From a virus: a DNA stretch of 64,000 bases. Below the pieces are notes generated by a model that was given only the letters and a program-made list of their open reading frames with translations, searched no databases and was not told the DNA's origin. Shown here piece after piece: positions 35,105-44,571 of this stretch. The number at the start of each line of letters is the position of its first letter. Positions within the stretch are counted from its first letter, which is position 1. The position numbers and the translations under genes were made by a program. The stretch covers positions 36,456 to 100,455 of IMG/VR virus record IMGVR_UViG_3300034175_000062. One strand, 5' to 3'.

Positions 35105-35542
35105 ATGGCATACAAAGGCCAGTTTAAGTGTCTGAACCCACGCAAGTACAAGGGTGACCCTACAAATATCATATATCGATCAAGGTGGGAGAGTCGATTT
35201 ATGTCTTTTCTTGATAAGAACTCTGATGTCCTCGAATGGTCGAGTGAAGAGTTTTTCATCCCGTATCGATGCAGGACCGATGGACGTATTCATCGCTACT
35301 TCCCAGACTTCAAGGTTAAGATACAGACGTTGAAGGGTATCAAGACTCAGGTTATCGAGATCAAACCATACAAGGAAGTGTATCCTCCGAAGAAGCCACC
35401 ACGCATGACTAAGAGATATATGACCGAAGCTCTGACTTATGCTAAGAATAAGTCGAAGTGGGAGTACGCTGAAGAGTGGTGTAAGAATCGCGGCTACGAC
35501 TTCAAGATCATAACTGAGAAGGAACTTGGCCTTAAGTTCTGA
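35105..35542 (+). CDS. gp4: Head completion nuclease gp4
   Basis: NP.KY.GD..NI.YRS.WE, W.SEE, RYFPDF, IEIKP. Confidence 0.95.
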   Translation: MAYKGQFKCLNPRKYKGDPTNIIYRSRWESRFMSFLDKNSDVLEWSSEEFFIPYRCRTDGRIHRYFPDFKVKIQTLKGIKTQVIEIKPYKEVYPPKKPPRMTKRYMTEALTYAKNKSKWEYAEEWCKNRGYDFKIITEKELGLKF

Positions 35543-35557
35543 TAGCTAAATAGGCGT

Positions 35558-36193
35558 ATGGCTCAAAGAATTACAGCATCACTCGACTTCATCTTTCAGA
35601 AGATCGCTCAGGGTAAACCAGACAAGCTAGATGCTCCTGGTCAGCGTGTCGCTGCGCGAAACTGGTATCGAACTGCAGCTCAAGAAGTTAAGAACATAGA
35701 CGCAGTCCGCGCAATGAGCAGGGCTAGCAAAGAGCGTCGTGTGACTTCCATCACTCCGATGCGTATTGGTAAGATGTTCATGTTCTGGTACGACGCTAAG
35801 CTCAAGGATGAGCTTCCGTACTGGGATCGTCTACCACTCGTGTTTCCGATTGAGATCTATAAGGACGGATTCCTAGGGATCAACCTTCATTATCTATCGC
35901 CGATGCTCCGCGCTAAACTGATGGACGCTCTATACACAACAATCAACAATAGGCGATATGATGAAACTACCAAACTACGTATCAATTACGCTATTCTTAA
36001 ATCGGCTGCTAAGTTCCGTGGATTTAAGCCTTGCGTCAAGCGCTATCTCACTAGCCACGTACAGTCTCAATTTATAACGATAGAGCCGACTGAATGGGAC
36101 ATGGCACTTATGCTACCAACTGAGCGTTTTGTTAAGAAGCGTAAGCAGACCGTACAGGCTGAGTCAGCCGCATCTCTCAAGGGGAATGTCTAA
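35558..36193 (+). CDS. gp2: DNA end protector gp2
   Basis: YDAK.K..LPYWD..PL, GINLHYL, CVKRYL..HV. Confidence 0.95.
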   Translation: MAQRITASLDFIFQKIAQGKPDKLDAPGQRVAARNWYRTAAQEVKNIDAVRAMSRASKERRVTSITPMRIGKMFMFWYDAKLKDELPYWDRLPLVFPIEIYKDGFLGINLHYLSPMLRAKLMDALYTTINNRRYDETTKLRINYAILKSAAKFRGFKPCVKRYLTSHVQSQFITIEPTEWDMALMLPTERFVKKRKQTVQAESAASLKGNV

Positions 36194-36768
36194 TGCCGAG
36201 TTTCAACATCAATCAGTTCAGGAGCGTTATTCACGATAACAATGAACTCCTTGGCACGAATAAGTTCCTAGTGCAGTTCCCAGAACCAGCTGGAGCAGTC
36301 CTTCAGGATGCACGCACACTGAGCTTCTACTGTAAGACGGCTACTCTACCAGGTATCGGTCTTCTAACATCTGATACAGCTCAGTATGGTGTTGGACCTA
36401 TCGAGCGTAAGCCTTATGCTACAGCAGTCAACGACTGTCTATTCCAGTTCTATGTGGATGGTGACGGTAAGATTCGTAAGTGGCTGACTGGTTGGATGAA
36501 GCTGATCACTAATCCGTATACTAATCGTGGTATGAGCTCTAAGAGCGCACAGGGATTGGTTCCGTACGAGTTCCAATACAAGGATCAGTATGCAGTCGAT
36601 ATCACAGTCACTGTGTTCGATAGTGAAGGCAAGGAACAGATCAAGACTACGCTCATTGAGGCGTATCCAAACTACATCGGTGATACCTCACTCGATTGGC
36701 AAGAGAAGAACAATCTAATGACGGTACCGGTGGCATTCACCTACCGCGATTGGTATGAAAGTTTATAA
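36193..36768 (+). CDS. gp54: Tail tube initiator gp54 (gp19-like fold)
   Basis: C..A.LPG, AYP..IG...LDW, V.F.YR.W. Confidence 0.8.
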   Translation: MPSFNINQFRSVIHDNNELLGTNKFLVQFPEPAGAVLQDARTLSFYCKTATLPGIGLLTSDTAQYGVGPIERKPYATAVNDCLFQFYVDGDGKIRKWLTGWMKLITNPYTNRGMSSKSAQGLVPYEFQYKDQYAVDITVTVFDSEGKEQIKTTLIEAYPNYIGDTSLDWQEKNNLMTVPVAFTYRDWYESL

Positions 36769-36771
36769 GCG

Positions 36772-37479
36772 ATGGCACTACCCAAGATTAAGCATCCGAT
36801 CTTTGAGACTAAGATCCCATCGACCGGTGCTAAACTACTTTATCGTCAGATGTTAGTACAAGACGAAAAGATTCTACTCACTGCAAAGGCTTCGGAAGAA
36901 GCATCTGATATCTTCCGTGCGGTAAAGCAGGTGGTTAACAACTGCATTCTAGATGATCTAGATATCGACAGTCTTGCTACCTTTGATATCGAATACCTCT
37001 TCATCAAGTTCCGCGCTGTATCTATCGGTAACGTGATCGACGTTACTTACAAAGATAAGGGTGACGATGGAGAGTATAAGTTCCACATCGATCTAGATGA
37101 AGTCGAAGTCCAGTTCCCAGAGAACATCGACAAGCTGATCAAGATCAATGATGACGCTGGAGTGTTGATGAAGTACCCACCAGCATCTCTATTCGATAGT
37201 GAGAACTCTCTGATGACCGGCAAGGACGGTTACGAGTATCTGGCTGCATCATGTATCGACACTATCTTTGATGGTGATGATGTGTATCCAGCCGCTGAGA
37301 GTACTATCGAAGAACGTGTCGAGTACATCCAGTCACTCACTGCTAAGACCTACGCCGATGTCAAGAAGTTTCTCAATGAGATGCCTCGCCTACAGTATCA
37401 TATCGAATATGAGAACAGCCTGGGAGTCGCGCGCAAGCTAGAACTAAATACGTTAACAGATTTTTTTACGTTCTGGTAA
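36772..37479 (+). CDS. gp26: Baseplate hub assembly protein gp26
   Basis: MALPK, IPSTG, EKILL.A, FDIEYLF...RA.S.G, MKYP. Confidence 0.93.
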   Translation: MALPKIKHPIFETKIPSTGAKLLYRQMLVQDEKILLTAKASEEASDIFRAVKQVVNNCILDDLDIDSLATFDIEYLFIKFRAVSIGNVIDVTYKDKGDDGEYKFHIDLDEVEVQFPENIDKLIKINDDAGVLMKYPPASLFDSENSLMTGKDGYEYLAASCIDTIFDGDDVYPAAESTIEERVEYIQSLTAKTYADVKKFLNEMPRLQYHIEYENSLGVARKLELNTLTDFFTFW

Positions 37480-37646
37480 GTCACAATACGTTAGAAGATT
37501 ATCTATCACTCAATTTTGCCTTGAGGCAACATCACAAGTGGTCGATCAGTGAACTTGAGCAGATGATCGTGTACGAACGCGATATCGAAGTCGATATGCT
37601 TATACAATTCATGGAGTACAAGAAGCAACAAGAAAAACAGGAGTAA
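37461..37646 (+). CDS. gp51: gp51-like frame lacking a start codon; probably reached by -1 frameshift from gp26
   Basis: HNTLEDY..LNF.L.QHHKWSISELE.M..YERDI.V.ML; T_TTT_TTT at 37461-37467. Confidence 0.8.
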   Translation, partial: FFYVLVSHNTLEDYLSLNFALRQHHKWSISELEQMIVYERDIEVDMLIQFMEYKKQQEKQE

Positions 37647-37650
37647 GGTA

Positions 37651-37965
37651 ATGGATGACGACAGCAACGTGAGTACTACCTCAGTACAGATCTCTAAGAC
37701 GGTAGAAGCAACTATCGATTCACTCGATATGATGACCGGCCTCGACAAAGAGGATCATGAAGCGATCTGGAAGAGTCGCACTAAGATGGCTTGGGTTGCC
37801 CTCTGGGGAATCATTCTGCCGACGATCTTCATTATTCTTGCCGTACACAGCCCTGACATCATCGAGAAGCTCGGTGTACTGATGTCATGGTACTATCTCG
37901 CACTAGCATCAATCGTTGGTGCATACTTCGGCTTCAAGGCTTGGGCCGCAATCAAGGGTAAGTAA
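37651..37965 (+). CDS. Two-TM membrane protein (holin-like)
   Basis: R.KMAW.AL...; Y.ALASIVGAYFG. Confidence 0.7.
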   Translation: MDDDSNVSTTSVQISKTVEATIDSLDMMTGLDKEDHEAIWKSRTKMAWVALWGIILPTIFIILAVHSPDIIEKLGVLMSWYYLALASIVGAYFGFKAWAAIKGK

Positions 37966-37968
37966 ACA

Positions 37969-39606
37969 ATGCTACCATTCATTATAGAGGCACTGACAGG
38001 ACTGTTCGAAGGAGGCGCTGCCGTTGAAGGTATGGCTGCCGCTTCTACAGCTGTCAAAGGTGCTAATGCCATCGAGGGTGCCTCTGTATTGGGTGAGGCA
38101 AAGATGGCTGACAATGTACCCGGCGTTCTACGCTCGATGCAGCCTGCTAAGTTCGGCACTCCTCAGGTTAAGGGTCGTACGTCATCACGTGACACTATGG
38201 ATCGCATCATGGCGAACCACACTGGTGACAGCGACAAGCCTAAGGGTGCTGCTAACGACTCTGAGAACATGTTCGCTGGTGGCGCTCATCTAACTACAGA
38301 TGGACGCAATAACCACATCATGGATATGTTCAAGGGTGGTAAGGACAAGTTCTACGCAAATGATAACACTGCTGAAGTCGACAGCACTGCTCTAATAGTA
38401 GCTGAGATCGCCAAGCTAGAGCCTCTGGTAGATGCGATCAGTCGTAACACGTATCAGATCAATGCACAACTCGAAGAGCTTAATAATGCATTCGATCAAT
38501 GGTTTAACAACCAGGGCGAGTCTAAGTTTGAGGCACTCGAAGACAAAATCGAGACTGTGTCACAAGTTAGCACAGAACAGGCAGTGTCATCCACCACAGA
38601 CCAAAATAGAGAGACTTTTCTCAAAGAAGCCGCAGAATCGAAGAAAAAGAATACAATAGTTCAAGGGCTTATGACTGCCGCCGCGGGCGGTCTGCTCAAG
38701 GGAGCTGGCAGCTTAATTTCCGACCCTTCTAAGAATGCATTCGATGTAAGTCCAGGTGGTGGTCTAGGCGCTCCTGGCGATGGTCGTCCTCGTCGTAGGC
38801 CGGGTGGTGGACGTGTTAAGGTTGATGACTCACCTGTTACCGGCGACTTCACCGGTCGTCAGCGCGCTCTACTACATACGATCTCTTCGCATGAAGGTGC
38901 TAACTACGATACAGTATTCGGCAATGGTAAGTACGGTAGTCCTAACAAGAAGCTGACTGACATGACCATCGAAGAAGTCAATCAGTTCCAGAGCCAGCTA
39001 CAGGCTCGTACTAAGGCCGCTGGTATCGGTAAGATCAATGGTAGAGTTGTCGGCACGTCTGCTGTTGGTAAGGGTCAGTTCGTTCAAGGCACATTGAAGA
39101 ATACGCTTCAGACCATGGGATACGATAAGAGCGATTTCAAAACGCTTAAGTATACACCTGAGCTACAGAATCGTCTGATCCTTCAGCTTGCTAAGAACAA
39201 TGGTATGGATCCTAATCGCCCAGAAACTCTGCGTAACCAGCATAAGGTCGGTGGTCAGTGGGAGAGTCTAGCAGCGCATAAGATCTCTAACCGTGACTTC
39301 AATCGTGCTATCGATCAGATCGCTGCTGCTTCTACACAGATCCAACGTGTTGCCGAGAACACTAAGCCACAGCTAGCATCTAATATGCGTGGTGAGAGGG
39401 TCGGCCAGGGATCAAAGGTCAACGCTAATTCTGCTAAGATGGCCGCAAATATCACTCAGCAGTTTAACGTCTATCAGAATGCAGCTGGTCAGACGTCTAG
39501 GATACCGGTACGACCAACTCAGGTCGCCTCTACTAAGCCTACTCCACCGTCTGCAAGACAACAAGGACATGCAGACAGTTGGCTCAAGTACTTCGGTCTC
39601 GGATAA
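37969..39606 (+). CDS. Hub/tape-measure-like protein with lysozyme-fold domain
   Basis: Follows gp26/gp51; ALL.TI...EG..Y...FG, LT.MT..EV, SAVG..QF, Q.RL. Confidence 0.75.
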   Translation: MLPFIIEALTGLFEGGAAVEGMAAASTAVKGANAIEGASVLGEAKMADNVPGVLRSMQPAKFGTPQVKGRTSSRDTMDRIMANHTGDSDKPKGAANDSENMFAGGAHLTTDGRNNHIMDMFKGGKDKFYANDNTAEVDSTALIVAEIAKLEPLVDAISRNTYQINAQLEELNNAFDQWFNNQGESKFEALEDKIETVSQVSTEQAVSSTTDQNRETFLKEAAESKKKNTIVQGLMTAAAGGLLKGAGSLISDPSKNAFDVSPGGGLGAPGDGRPRRRPGGGRVKVDDSPVTGDFTGRQRALLHTISSHEGANYDTVFGNGKYGSPNKKLTDMTIEEVNQFQSQLQARTKAAGIGKINGRVVGTSAVGKGQFVQGTLKNTLQTMGYDKSDFKTLKYTPELQNRLILQLAKNNGMDPNRPETLRNQHKVGGQWESLAAHKISNRDFNRAIDQIAAASTQIQRVAENTKPQLASNMRGERVGQGSKVNANSAKMAANITQQFNVYQNAAGQTSRIPVRPTQVASTKPTPPSARQQGHADSWLKYFGLG

Positions 39607-39612
39607 CAAGCA

Positions 39613-39642
39613 CAAAAAAAGGGGAGCCGCGAAGCTCCCCTT
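39613..39642. terminator. Intrinsic terminator between convergent genes
   Basis: AAAAAAAGGGGAGC...GCTCCCCTT. Confidence 0.85.
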
Positions 39643-39665
39643 AGTTGTTTCAGTTGATGTGAAAC

Positions 39666-40619
39666 TTAGTCTTCAGCCAATTTCTGGAAGAAGCTCATGC
39701 TGTCATCCGCATCGTCATCGCCACCACCAAACGGAGTTGGTGCAGCCGACTTAAAGCTTGAAGACGGACCAGCCGCGAAAGGCAGATCATCATCGTCATC
39801 CATAGCAGTGCGGTTAGCCTGACGCTGAGCCTGTTCACCACGGCTATGTGCCGGAGTGCGCTCATCACCAAGACCAAGAACCTGATCGAGCTTCTTCTTC
39901 AGCTCATCGTAGCTCTTGTAGTTCTCAGGAGCGAGGATAGGAGCGAGTGGGTGACACTGCTTCCAGACTGCCTCGATCTGGTCATCGTCGTTATAGACGG
40001 CCGATGGGTTATCAAACTCAGACTTATCGTAGTTACGATAGCCTTCGACCTGACGGATCTTGAGCTTGAAGTTTGCACCATCCCAGAAGTCATAAGGGTT
40101 CATTGGCTCTTCGTCAGGGAACTCAGGGTTCATCTTTTCGTTGAGCTTGTTGAAGATCTTCTTGCCGAACTTGTACTTGAAGACCTTACCCTCGTTCTCA
40201 GGGTTGGCAGTGTCCTGGACGACCAGGATGTTAGACACGAAGTGAAGACGACGCTTCTGCTTACGGGCCTGCTTACGCTCAGGACTATTGTCATCCTGAG
40301 ATACGTTCCACAGCTTACCGTTGAACTGAGCGACAGGATCTTCCTGTCCGATTGAAGTTAGGGAGTTTTCGATGTACCACTTACCGCCAGGGCCTTGGAA
40401 GCCGTGATCCCAGTAGCGTACATAAGGAACTTCTTCACCCGCGACCTGGGGAAGGAAACGAATAATCGCAAAACCGTTGCCTGCTTTATCAACGGTGGGA
40501 GCCCAAAAGGTCTCATCCTTGGTACGCTCGTTGCCCTTAGTGAGCTTGTCGAGGTCCTGGGAAAGCTTATCAAAGCTTGACTTACGATTCTTCTTTAGAT
40601 CAGCAAAATTGTTTGCCAT
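39666..40619 (-). CDS. gp32: ssDNA-binding protein gp32
   Basis: DKAGNG.A.IRFLP, WYIEN, DFWDGANFKLKI..V.GY.NYD.S.F, acidic tail. Confidence 0.97.
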   Translation of the reverse strand: MANNFADLKKNRKSSFDKLSQDLDKLTKGNERTKDETFWAPTVDKAGNGFAIIRFLPQVAGEEVPYVRYWDHGFQGPGGKWYIENSLTSIGQEDPVAQFNGKLWNVSQDDNSPERKQARKQKRRLHFVSNILVVQDTANPENEGKVFKYKFGKKIFNKLNEKMNPEFPDEEPMNPYDFWDGANFKLKIRQVEGYRNYDKSEFDNPSAVYNDDDQIEAVWKQCHPLAPILAPENYKSYDELKKKLDQVLGLGDERTPAHSRGEQAQRQANRTAMDDDDDLPFAAGPSSSFKSAAPTPFGGGDDDADDSMSFFQKLAED

Positions 40620-40752
40620 AGTGTTCTGTTCTCGTATTTTTGTATGGTTTCATATGTTTTGTGTCCACTTTGTGCATAATATATGAAGGGTTAAGTGGGA
40701 GCCAATACTGTACCACTTAACCCCTTATTTATATCATAGTAATGTTGAAATG

Positions 40753-42162
40753 TCAACCAACTTTTACACGAGCTCGAATTTCTTCAAAGTTCGTGCGGTT
40801 GAACATCTCTCCATTACGATAACGAAGCTTAAGCTCAGAAGTCATGATGAACTCGCCAGTCTCATGAGCGATAGCCTGGTGTGCCTCAAGATCTTCGAGA
40901 CGCACAGTGTTATACTCGCCCTTATACTTGACTAGTTCGAGACGTCCGCGCTTAGACTTCTTTCCACTGTCGGTGATTGGGTCCTTGTAGACGTCGACCC
41001 ATTCACCATCGATATTAGCAGCTGAGCACTTCATAGCGAACTTCGAATCATCGCGATTGTTGATCTGAAGTAGTGCACCACCCTGACCGAAAGTGATATT
41101 GTCGGTCGAGAAGCCAGCCAGCTGCGCACTGAAGATAATAGAACGAATGCTCTGGTGATTGATACCATCACCCTGAAGCACTCGGCAGGTATTGAGGACC
41201 TTGTAACCCTTCTCGTTCATAGTAGAACCGAAGTACAGGTCTAGAAGCTGAAGCACCTTAACTACGATAACTGCGGGATCACCTGAGTCAGGACGTACCA
41301 CGAGGGTGCAGCCAGTGTCGAGAATATCCTGCTTCAGTTCAGTACCAAAGAGCTTGATGGCGTTAAAGATGTCGTAGCTATCAGAGACGATAGAAACGAT
41401 CTTGCCAGGAGCTCCATAGGTACGGATCATATTGCGATAAGAGTCCACCTCGCCATCACGAGTCCAACTCGTTACAGTTGAATGCTCCATAGCAGGTACG
41501 CTAAAGGCAGGGACATCGTCAGCATCATAGTACTCCATAGCGTATTCAATAGCCGTAAGAGTGTCGGTTCCCATGAAGACGGCGATGTGTGCCAGGCCAC
41601 CAATTCCAGCAGATTCGAAGCTACTAACACCACGAGCACCAAAGTCATGTAGCTTAAAATCGATAAGAGACTCATCGCCAGTGTCCTTCAGTCCCTTGAG
41701 GATGATCTGCTTACTGTAGTAGCTGTTCGAAGCAACAGTGGTAGGATACCAGATGCCGCGAAGGAGCAAAGTCTCGAGATACGACGGCAACCACCAGCAC
41801 TCTGGATCGGTATTCTTGATCCAGCAAAGGATCTGCTGAGTGCCGATAACAGTACCCTCGTCGAGCGCATGGATCTCAACAGGGAGAATACCGTCGTGCT
41901 TCTCGAGGATATACATCCAACCTTCACGGTTAAATGGTTCGCCATGAGCCAACGCGACCTTCTCAGCTCGGTTGATCATCTTCAGCGTAACACGCTTCAT
42001 GACGTATTCTTGGATCAGCATCTGAGTGCCGAGGAAGACCAGCTTATCATACATACCGCCACGACTCTCGATGTACGAGAATACGTACTCGGTCTTTGGC
42101 GGATACTGATTGTACTGCGAGAGCTTGTAGCTGTCGGTATTAAGGCAAATGTTGTATTCCAC
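40753..42162 (-). CDS. nadV: Nicotinamide phosphoribosyltransferase
   Basis: TDSYK, LHDFGARG, PAMEHS, SDSYD, VVRPDSGD, QGDG, KDPITD.GK.SK.G. Confidence 0.97.
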   Translation of the reverse strand: MEYNICLNTDSYKLSQYNQYPPKTEYVFSYIESRGGMYDKLVFLGTQMLIQEYVMKRVTLKMINRAEKVALAHGEPFNREGWMYILEKHDGILPVEIHALDEGTVIGTQQILCWIKNTDPECWWLPSYLETLLLRGIWYPTTVASNSYYSKQIILKGLKDTGDESLIDFKLHDFGARGVSSFESAGIGGLAHIAVFMGTDTLTAIEYAMEYYDADDVPAFSVPAMEHSTVTSWTRDGEVDSYRNMIRTYGAPGKIVSIVSDSYDIFNAIKLFGTELKQDILDTGCTLVVRPDSGDPAVIVVKVLQLLDLYFGSTMNEKGYKVLNTCRVLQGDGINHQSIRSIIFSAQLAGFSTDNITFGQGGALLQINNRDDSKFAMKCSAANIDGEWVDVYKDPITDSGKKSKRGRLELVKYKGEYNTVRLEDLEAHQAIAHETGEFIMTSELKLRYRNGEMFNRTNFEEIRARVKVG

Positions 42163-42210
42163 GATAAGTTCCTTATTCGTGATTAAAAGGTAGAGCGCCT
42201 ATCGCTTACC
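42160..42210 (-). promoter_or_regulatory. Two-hairpin RNA leader of nadV
   Basis: GGUA-AGCG[AUAGG]CGCU-C-UACC, UUUU, then CACGA-AUAAG[GAA]CUUAU-CGUG enclosing SD and GUG. Confidence 0.7.
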
Positions 42211-43258
42211 ATGCAGTTGGGAGAGGGATCCAGTGCGTGATGATGTCGTAGTGATCATCAAACAGAAGTTCTTTCTTGACTTCGTTGTATGGAACCCACT
42301 TGGCTCGCTTAGCATCATCAGCTCCCTTAACTTTGGGGAACTTGCCGTTGACTCGATGAAGGACGATACGTCCAGCATGAGTGATCGACCTGCCAAGCAG
42401 AGAACGATTCTTATGAGAGAAGGTCTTGATCTCTACGATACTACCACGGATGACCTTTGCAGGAACATCGATCATAGTCTCTTCATCGAGCTCTCGAACG
42501 ATACCATCAACTGGTTCATCGTCCTTTACAGTATCGAAGTATCCACCAGGTAGAGCCCAGAGGTCCTTACCAGGATGCGACTTACGCTGGATCAGTAAGA
42601 TATGACCATCACATGTGACGACCGCATCTACCGTGACTGCAAGCATCGGATATGGGAGGTTTGCATACTGCTTGCGACGGTTCTCTACAACCCGCTTGCC
42701 TTCCATGATGTATTCGAATGCTTCTGTCTTACGGAAGTCATCCATCCACTCAAGGACGGTGCCAGGTACACAACCAACAAGGAAGTTGCGGTTGTAGTTA
42801 CGCTGGAAGTAGAGCTCACGGATCATAGTCGCATCGAGCACTTGAGCCAGCGGAACATTCACGTCATCCCATTGAGGGAACATACGCAGATATTCTGCAG
42901 TCTCAGCGTCTTTGTGATGACCAATAAGCACGATAGCGTCGTTAGCATTAGCATGCTTAGCTACGTTCTGTTGGATACGAGTGATCCAACCATCATAGTC
43001 GTAGAGGGTGTCGATAACGTATTCGACTACGTACTCAGCCCCGGTTCGCTTAGCTAGATCAGCTAGGATAGGCTTGAGCATTAGGGCTCGTTCCGCGGCA
43101 GTCCATGGATTCTTATGGGTGCGAGGCTGGAAGGCGGAGCCGATGTTTACTACGACTGTATCAGCAATCATACCAGCTTCGAAGAGCAGTGCAGTATGAG
43201 CGTCGTGTAGACCTTGAAAACGTCCGATGACTACAGACGTGTCGTATTTCTTATGCAT
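42206..43258 (-). CDS. nadM: Bifunctional NMN adenylyltransferase / Nudix ADP-ribose pyrophosphatase (NadM-Nudix, NatV-like)
   Basis: GRFQGLHDAH, IGS, NPWT..ER, AT.IR; WALPGG..., RELDEET, GADDA. Confidence 0.95.
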   Translation of the reverse strand: MHKKYDTSVVIGRFQGLHDAHTALLFEAGMIADTVVVNIGSAFQPRTHKNPWTAAERALMLKPILADLAKRTGAEYVVEYVIDTLYDYDGWITRIQQNVAKHANANDAIVLIGHHKDAETAEYLRMFPQWDDVNVPLAQVLDATMIRELYFQRNYNRNFLVGCVPGTVLEWMDDFRKTEAFEYIMEGKRVVENRRKQYANLPYPMLAVTVDAVVTCDGHILLIQRKSHPGKDLWALPGGYFDTVKDDEPVDGIVRELDEETMIDVPAKVIRGSIVEIKTFSHKNRSLLGRSITHAGRIVLHRVNGKFPKVKGADDAKRAKWVPYNEVKKELLFDDHYDIITHWIPLPTAW

Positions 43259-43264
43259 TTGAAC

Positions 43265-43311
43265 CGCAAAACTCCTTTGCGTTATAAAAGAGGAACAGTC
43301 TATCTGTCCTC
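43265..43311 (-). promoter_or_regulatory. Two-hairpin RNA leader of nadM-Nudix
   Basis: GAGG-ACAG[AUAGA]CUGU-U-CCUC, UUUU, then CGCAAA[GGAG]UUUUGCG enclosing SD. Confidence 0.7.
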
Positions 43312-43322
43312 GGTAGTATTTA

Positions 43323-43535
43323 TCACCCGTAGTAGACTACGCCCTTATGAGTGATCTTCATCGGGCGGACGGTGGTTTCCTTCACGAGCTTTTCGTGACC
43401 GGACCGTTCGTCAACCTCGAAGGTCTGAAACTTGATGGGTTCAGGTGCAGAACGACCTGCTTCGATCTCATTGGCAGCGAACTTAGTGAACTGCCATTCA
43501 CGATCAAACTGATTGGTGCGAGTACGATTGCTCAC
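43323..43535 (-). CDS. Hypothetical protein
   Basis: GTGA-coupled. Confidence 0.65.
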   Translation of the reverse strand: MSNRTRTNQFDREWQFTKFAANEIEAGRSAPEPIKFQTFEVDERSGHEKLVKETTVRPMKITHKGVVYYG

Positions 43536-43747
43536 AGACCGAGCTCATTGAACTCATCTTGAGTGGTGCAATACCGAATGACACGCTTGATGCTCTTAGC
43601 CAGCTTCTTCTCATCGGGATATCCGAGGTGACCCATCTCCTTAAGACGGGCAGCTTCCACCTTAACATATTCGTAATGTCGGAGTAGGAAGTCGAGAATG
43701 ATCTTGTCCTCAATCTCGATGCTGATTGGTACTTCAACAGTATGCAT
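43532..43747 (-). CDS. Hypothetical protein
   Basis: AAGG RBS. Confidence 0.7.
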   Translation of the reverse strand: MHTVEVPISIEIEDKIILDFLLRHYEYVKVEAARLKEMGHLGYPDEKKLAKSIKRVIRYCTTQDEFNELGL

Positions 43748-43756
43748 TATAAACCT

Positions 43757-44335
43757 TTAACTAAATTTGTCAACTACAATTTTCTTAAACTTTGGAAGTT
43801 CGTAAGTCATGAAGGGCTGGTACTTGCGAACCTTCATAGCGACTTCCTGCCAGACTGGATCGTACTCCATGGCCTTCGACCATTTATTGTAACAACCAGT
43901 AAGATGGACTAAGATGACGAGTGTTTCGATCGAGACTACACCACGAAGGTACAGCTTCAGGAGCGGTGGATGACCACCATTCTCTAGTCTGAAGTTTGTG
44001 TCGAAATCATCGTCAAGTTGTCCCAATTCATTACTAAACGAATAGGTGAGGGACTGGTTTCGCTTGAGCCAGCTGTTGTACGCGACTTCAGCTGCGTCAG
44101 AATTAACGAGCTCTCCCACCCAGACTTGGGCACCGCGCTCAACGATATTGGCAAGTATGAAAGAGCGAGGGTCTTTAAGCTTTGCAAGCTTGTCAAAGTA
44201 GTATCTGTCGTTTCGGCCTTCGAAGGCGCGGGTAGAAGCAGATACTTTACCTCCGTATCGGAAGTAGTCATACGAGTCCTTGGTGAAGTGCTGTTTGAGA
44301 GCTAGATAATAGACGTATAGATCAAACGATTTCAT
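43757..44335 (-). CDS. gp59: Helicase loader gp59
   Basis: YLALK.HFT...YDYF.Y.GK, R.D.Y.F.KL, HP..LK.YL...IS.ET, KY.PF. Confidence 0.93.
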   Translation of the reverse strand: MKSFDLYVYYLALKQHFTKDSYDYFRYGGKVSASTRAFEGRNDRYYFDKLAKLKDPRSFILANIVERGAQVWVGELVNSDAAEVAYNSWLKRNQSLTYSFSNELGQLDDDFDTNFRLENGGHPPLLKLYLRGVVSIETLVILVHLTGCYNKWSKAMEYDPVWQEVAMKVRKYQPFMTYELPKFKKIVVDKFS

Positions 44336-44347
44336 GGACCAACTATC

Positions 44348-44569
44348 TTAGATGGGAAGCCTCGCTGAAGGCTTGAGGATGTTGAGGTTCTCAGCTTCGA
44401 TCTGAATCTTAGCTTTAAGGACCGCGTCTTTCTTGATGAGCGACGCGGCCGTTTCAACATCAATGTTATGATCTGCGCAGTAGTGGCAGATGGCGTCGAT
44501 AATATCTACCGTGCCGCCGTGCGTTAGCTTTTCGATTTCTTTAGCGAAATCAACATTGAACTTCGACAA
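44348..44569 (-). CDS. gp33: Late transcription coactivator gp33
   Basis: IDAI..YC....I..E..A.LI....LK.KI..EA..LN.LK...RLPI. Confidence 0.9.
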   Translation of the reverse strand: MSKFNVDFAKEIEKLTHGGTVDIIDAICHYCADHNIDVETAASLIKKDAVLKAKIQIEAENLNILKPSARLPI

Positions 44570-44571
44570 AA

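Noticed and set aside
35105-35542. TnsA-like nuclease as a Tn7 transposon
   Set aside because: Sequence and position next to gp2 and gp48 identify T4 gp4
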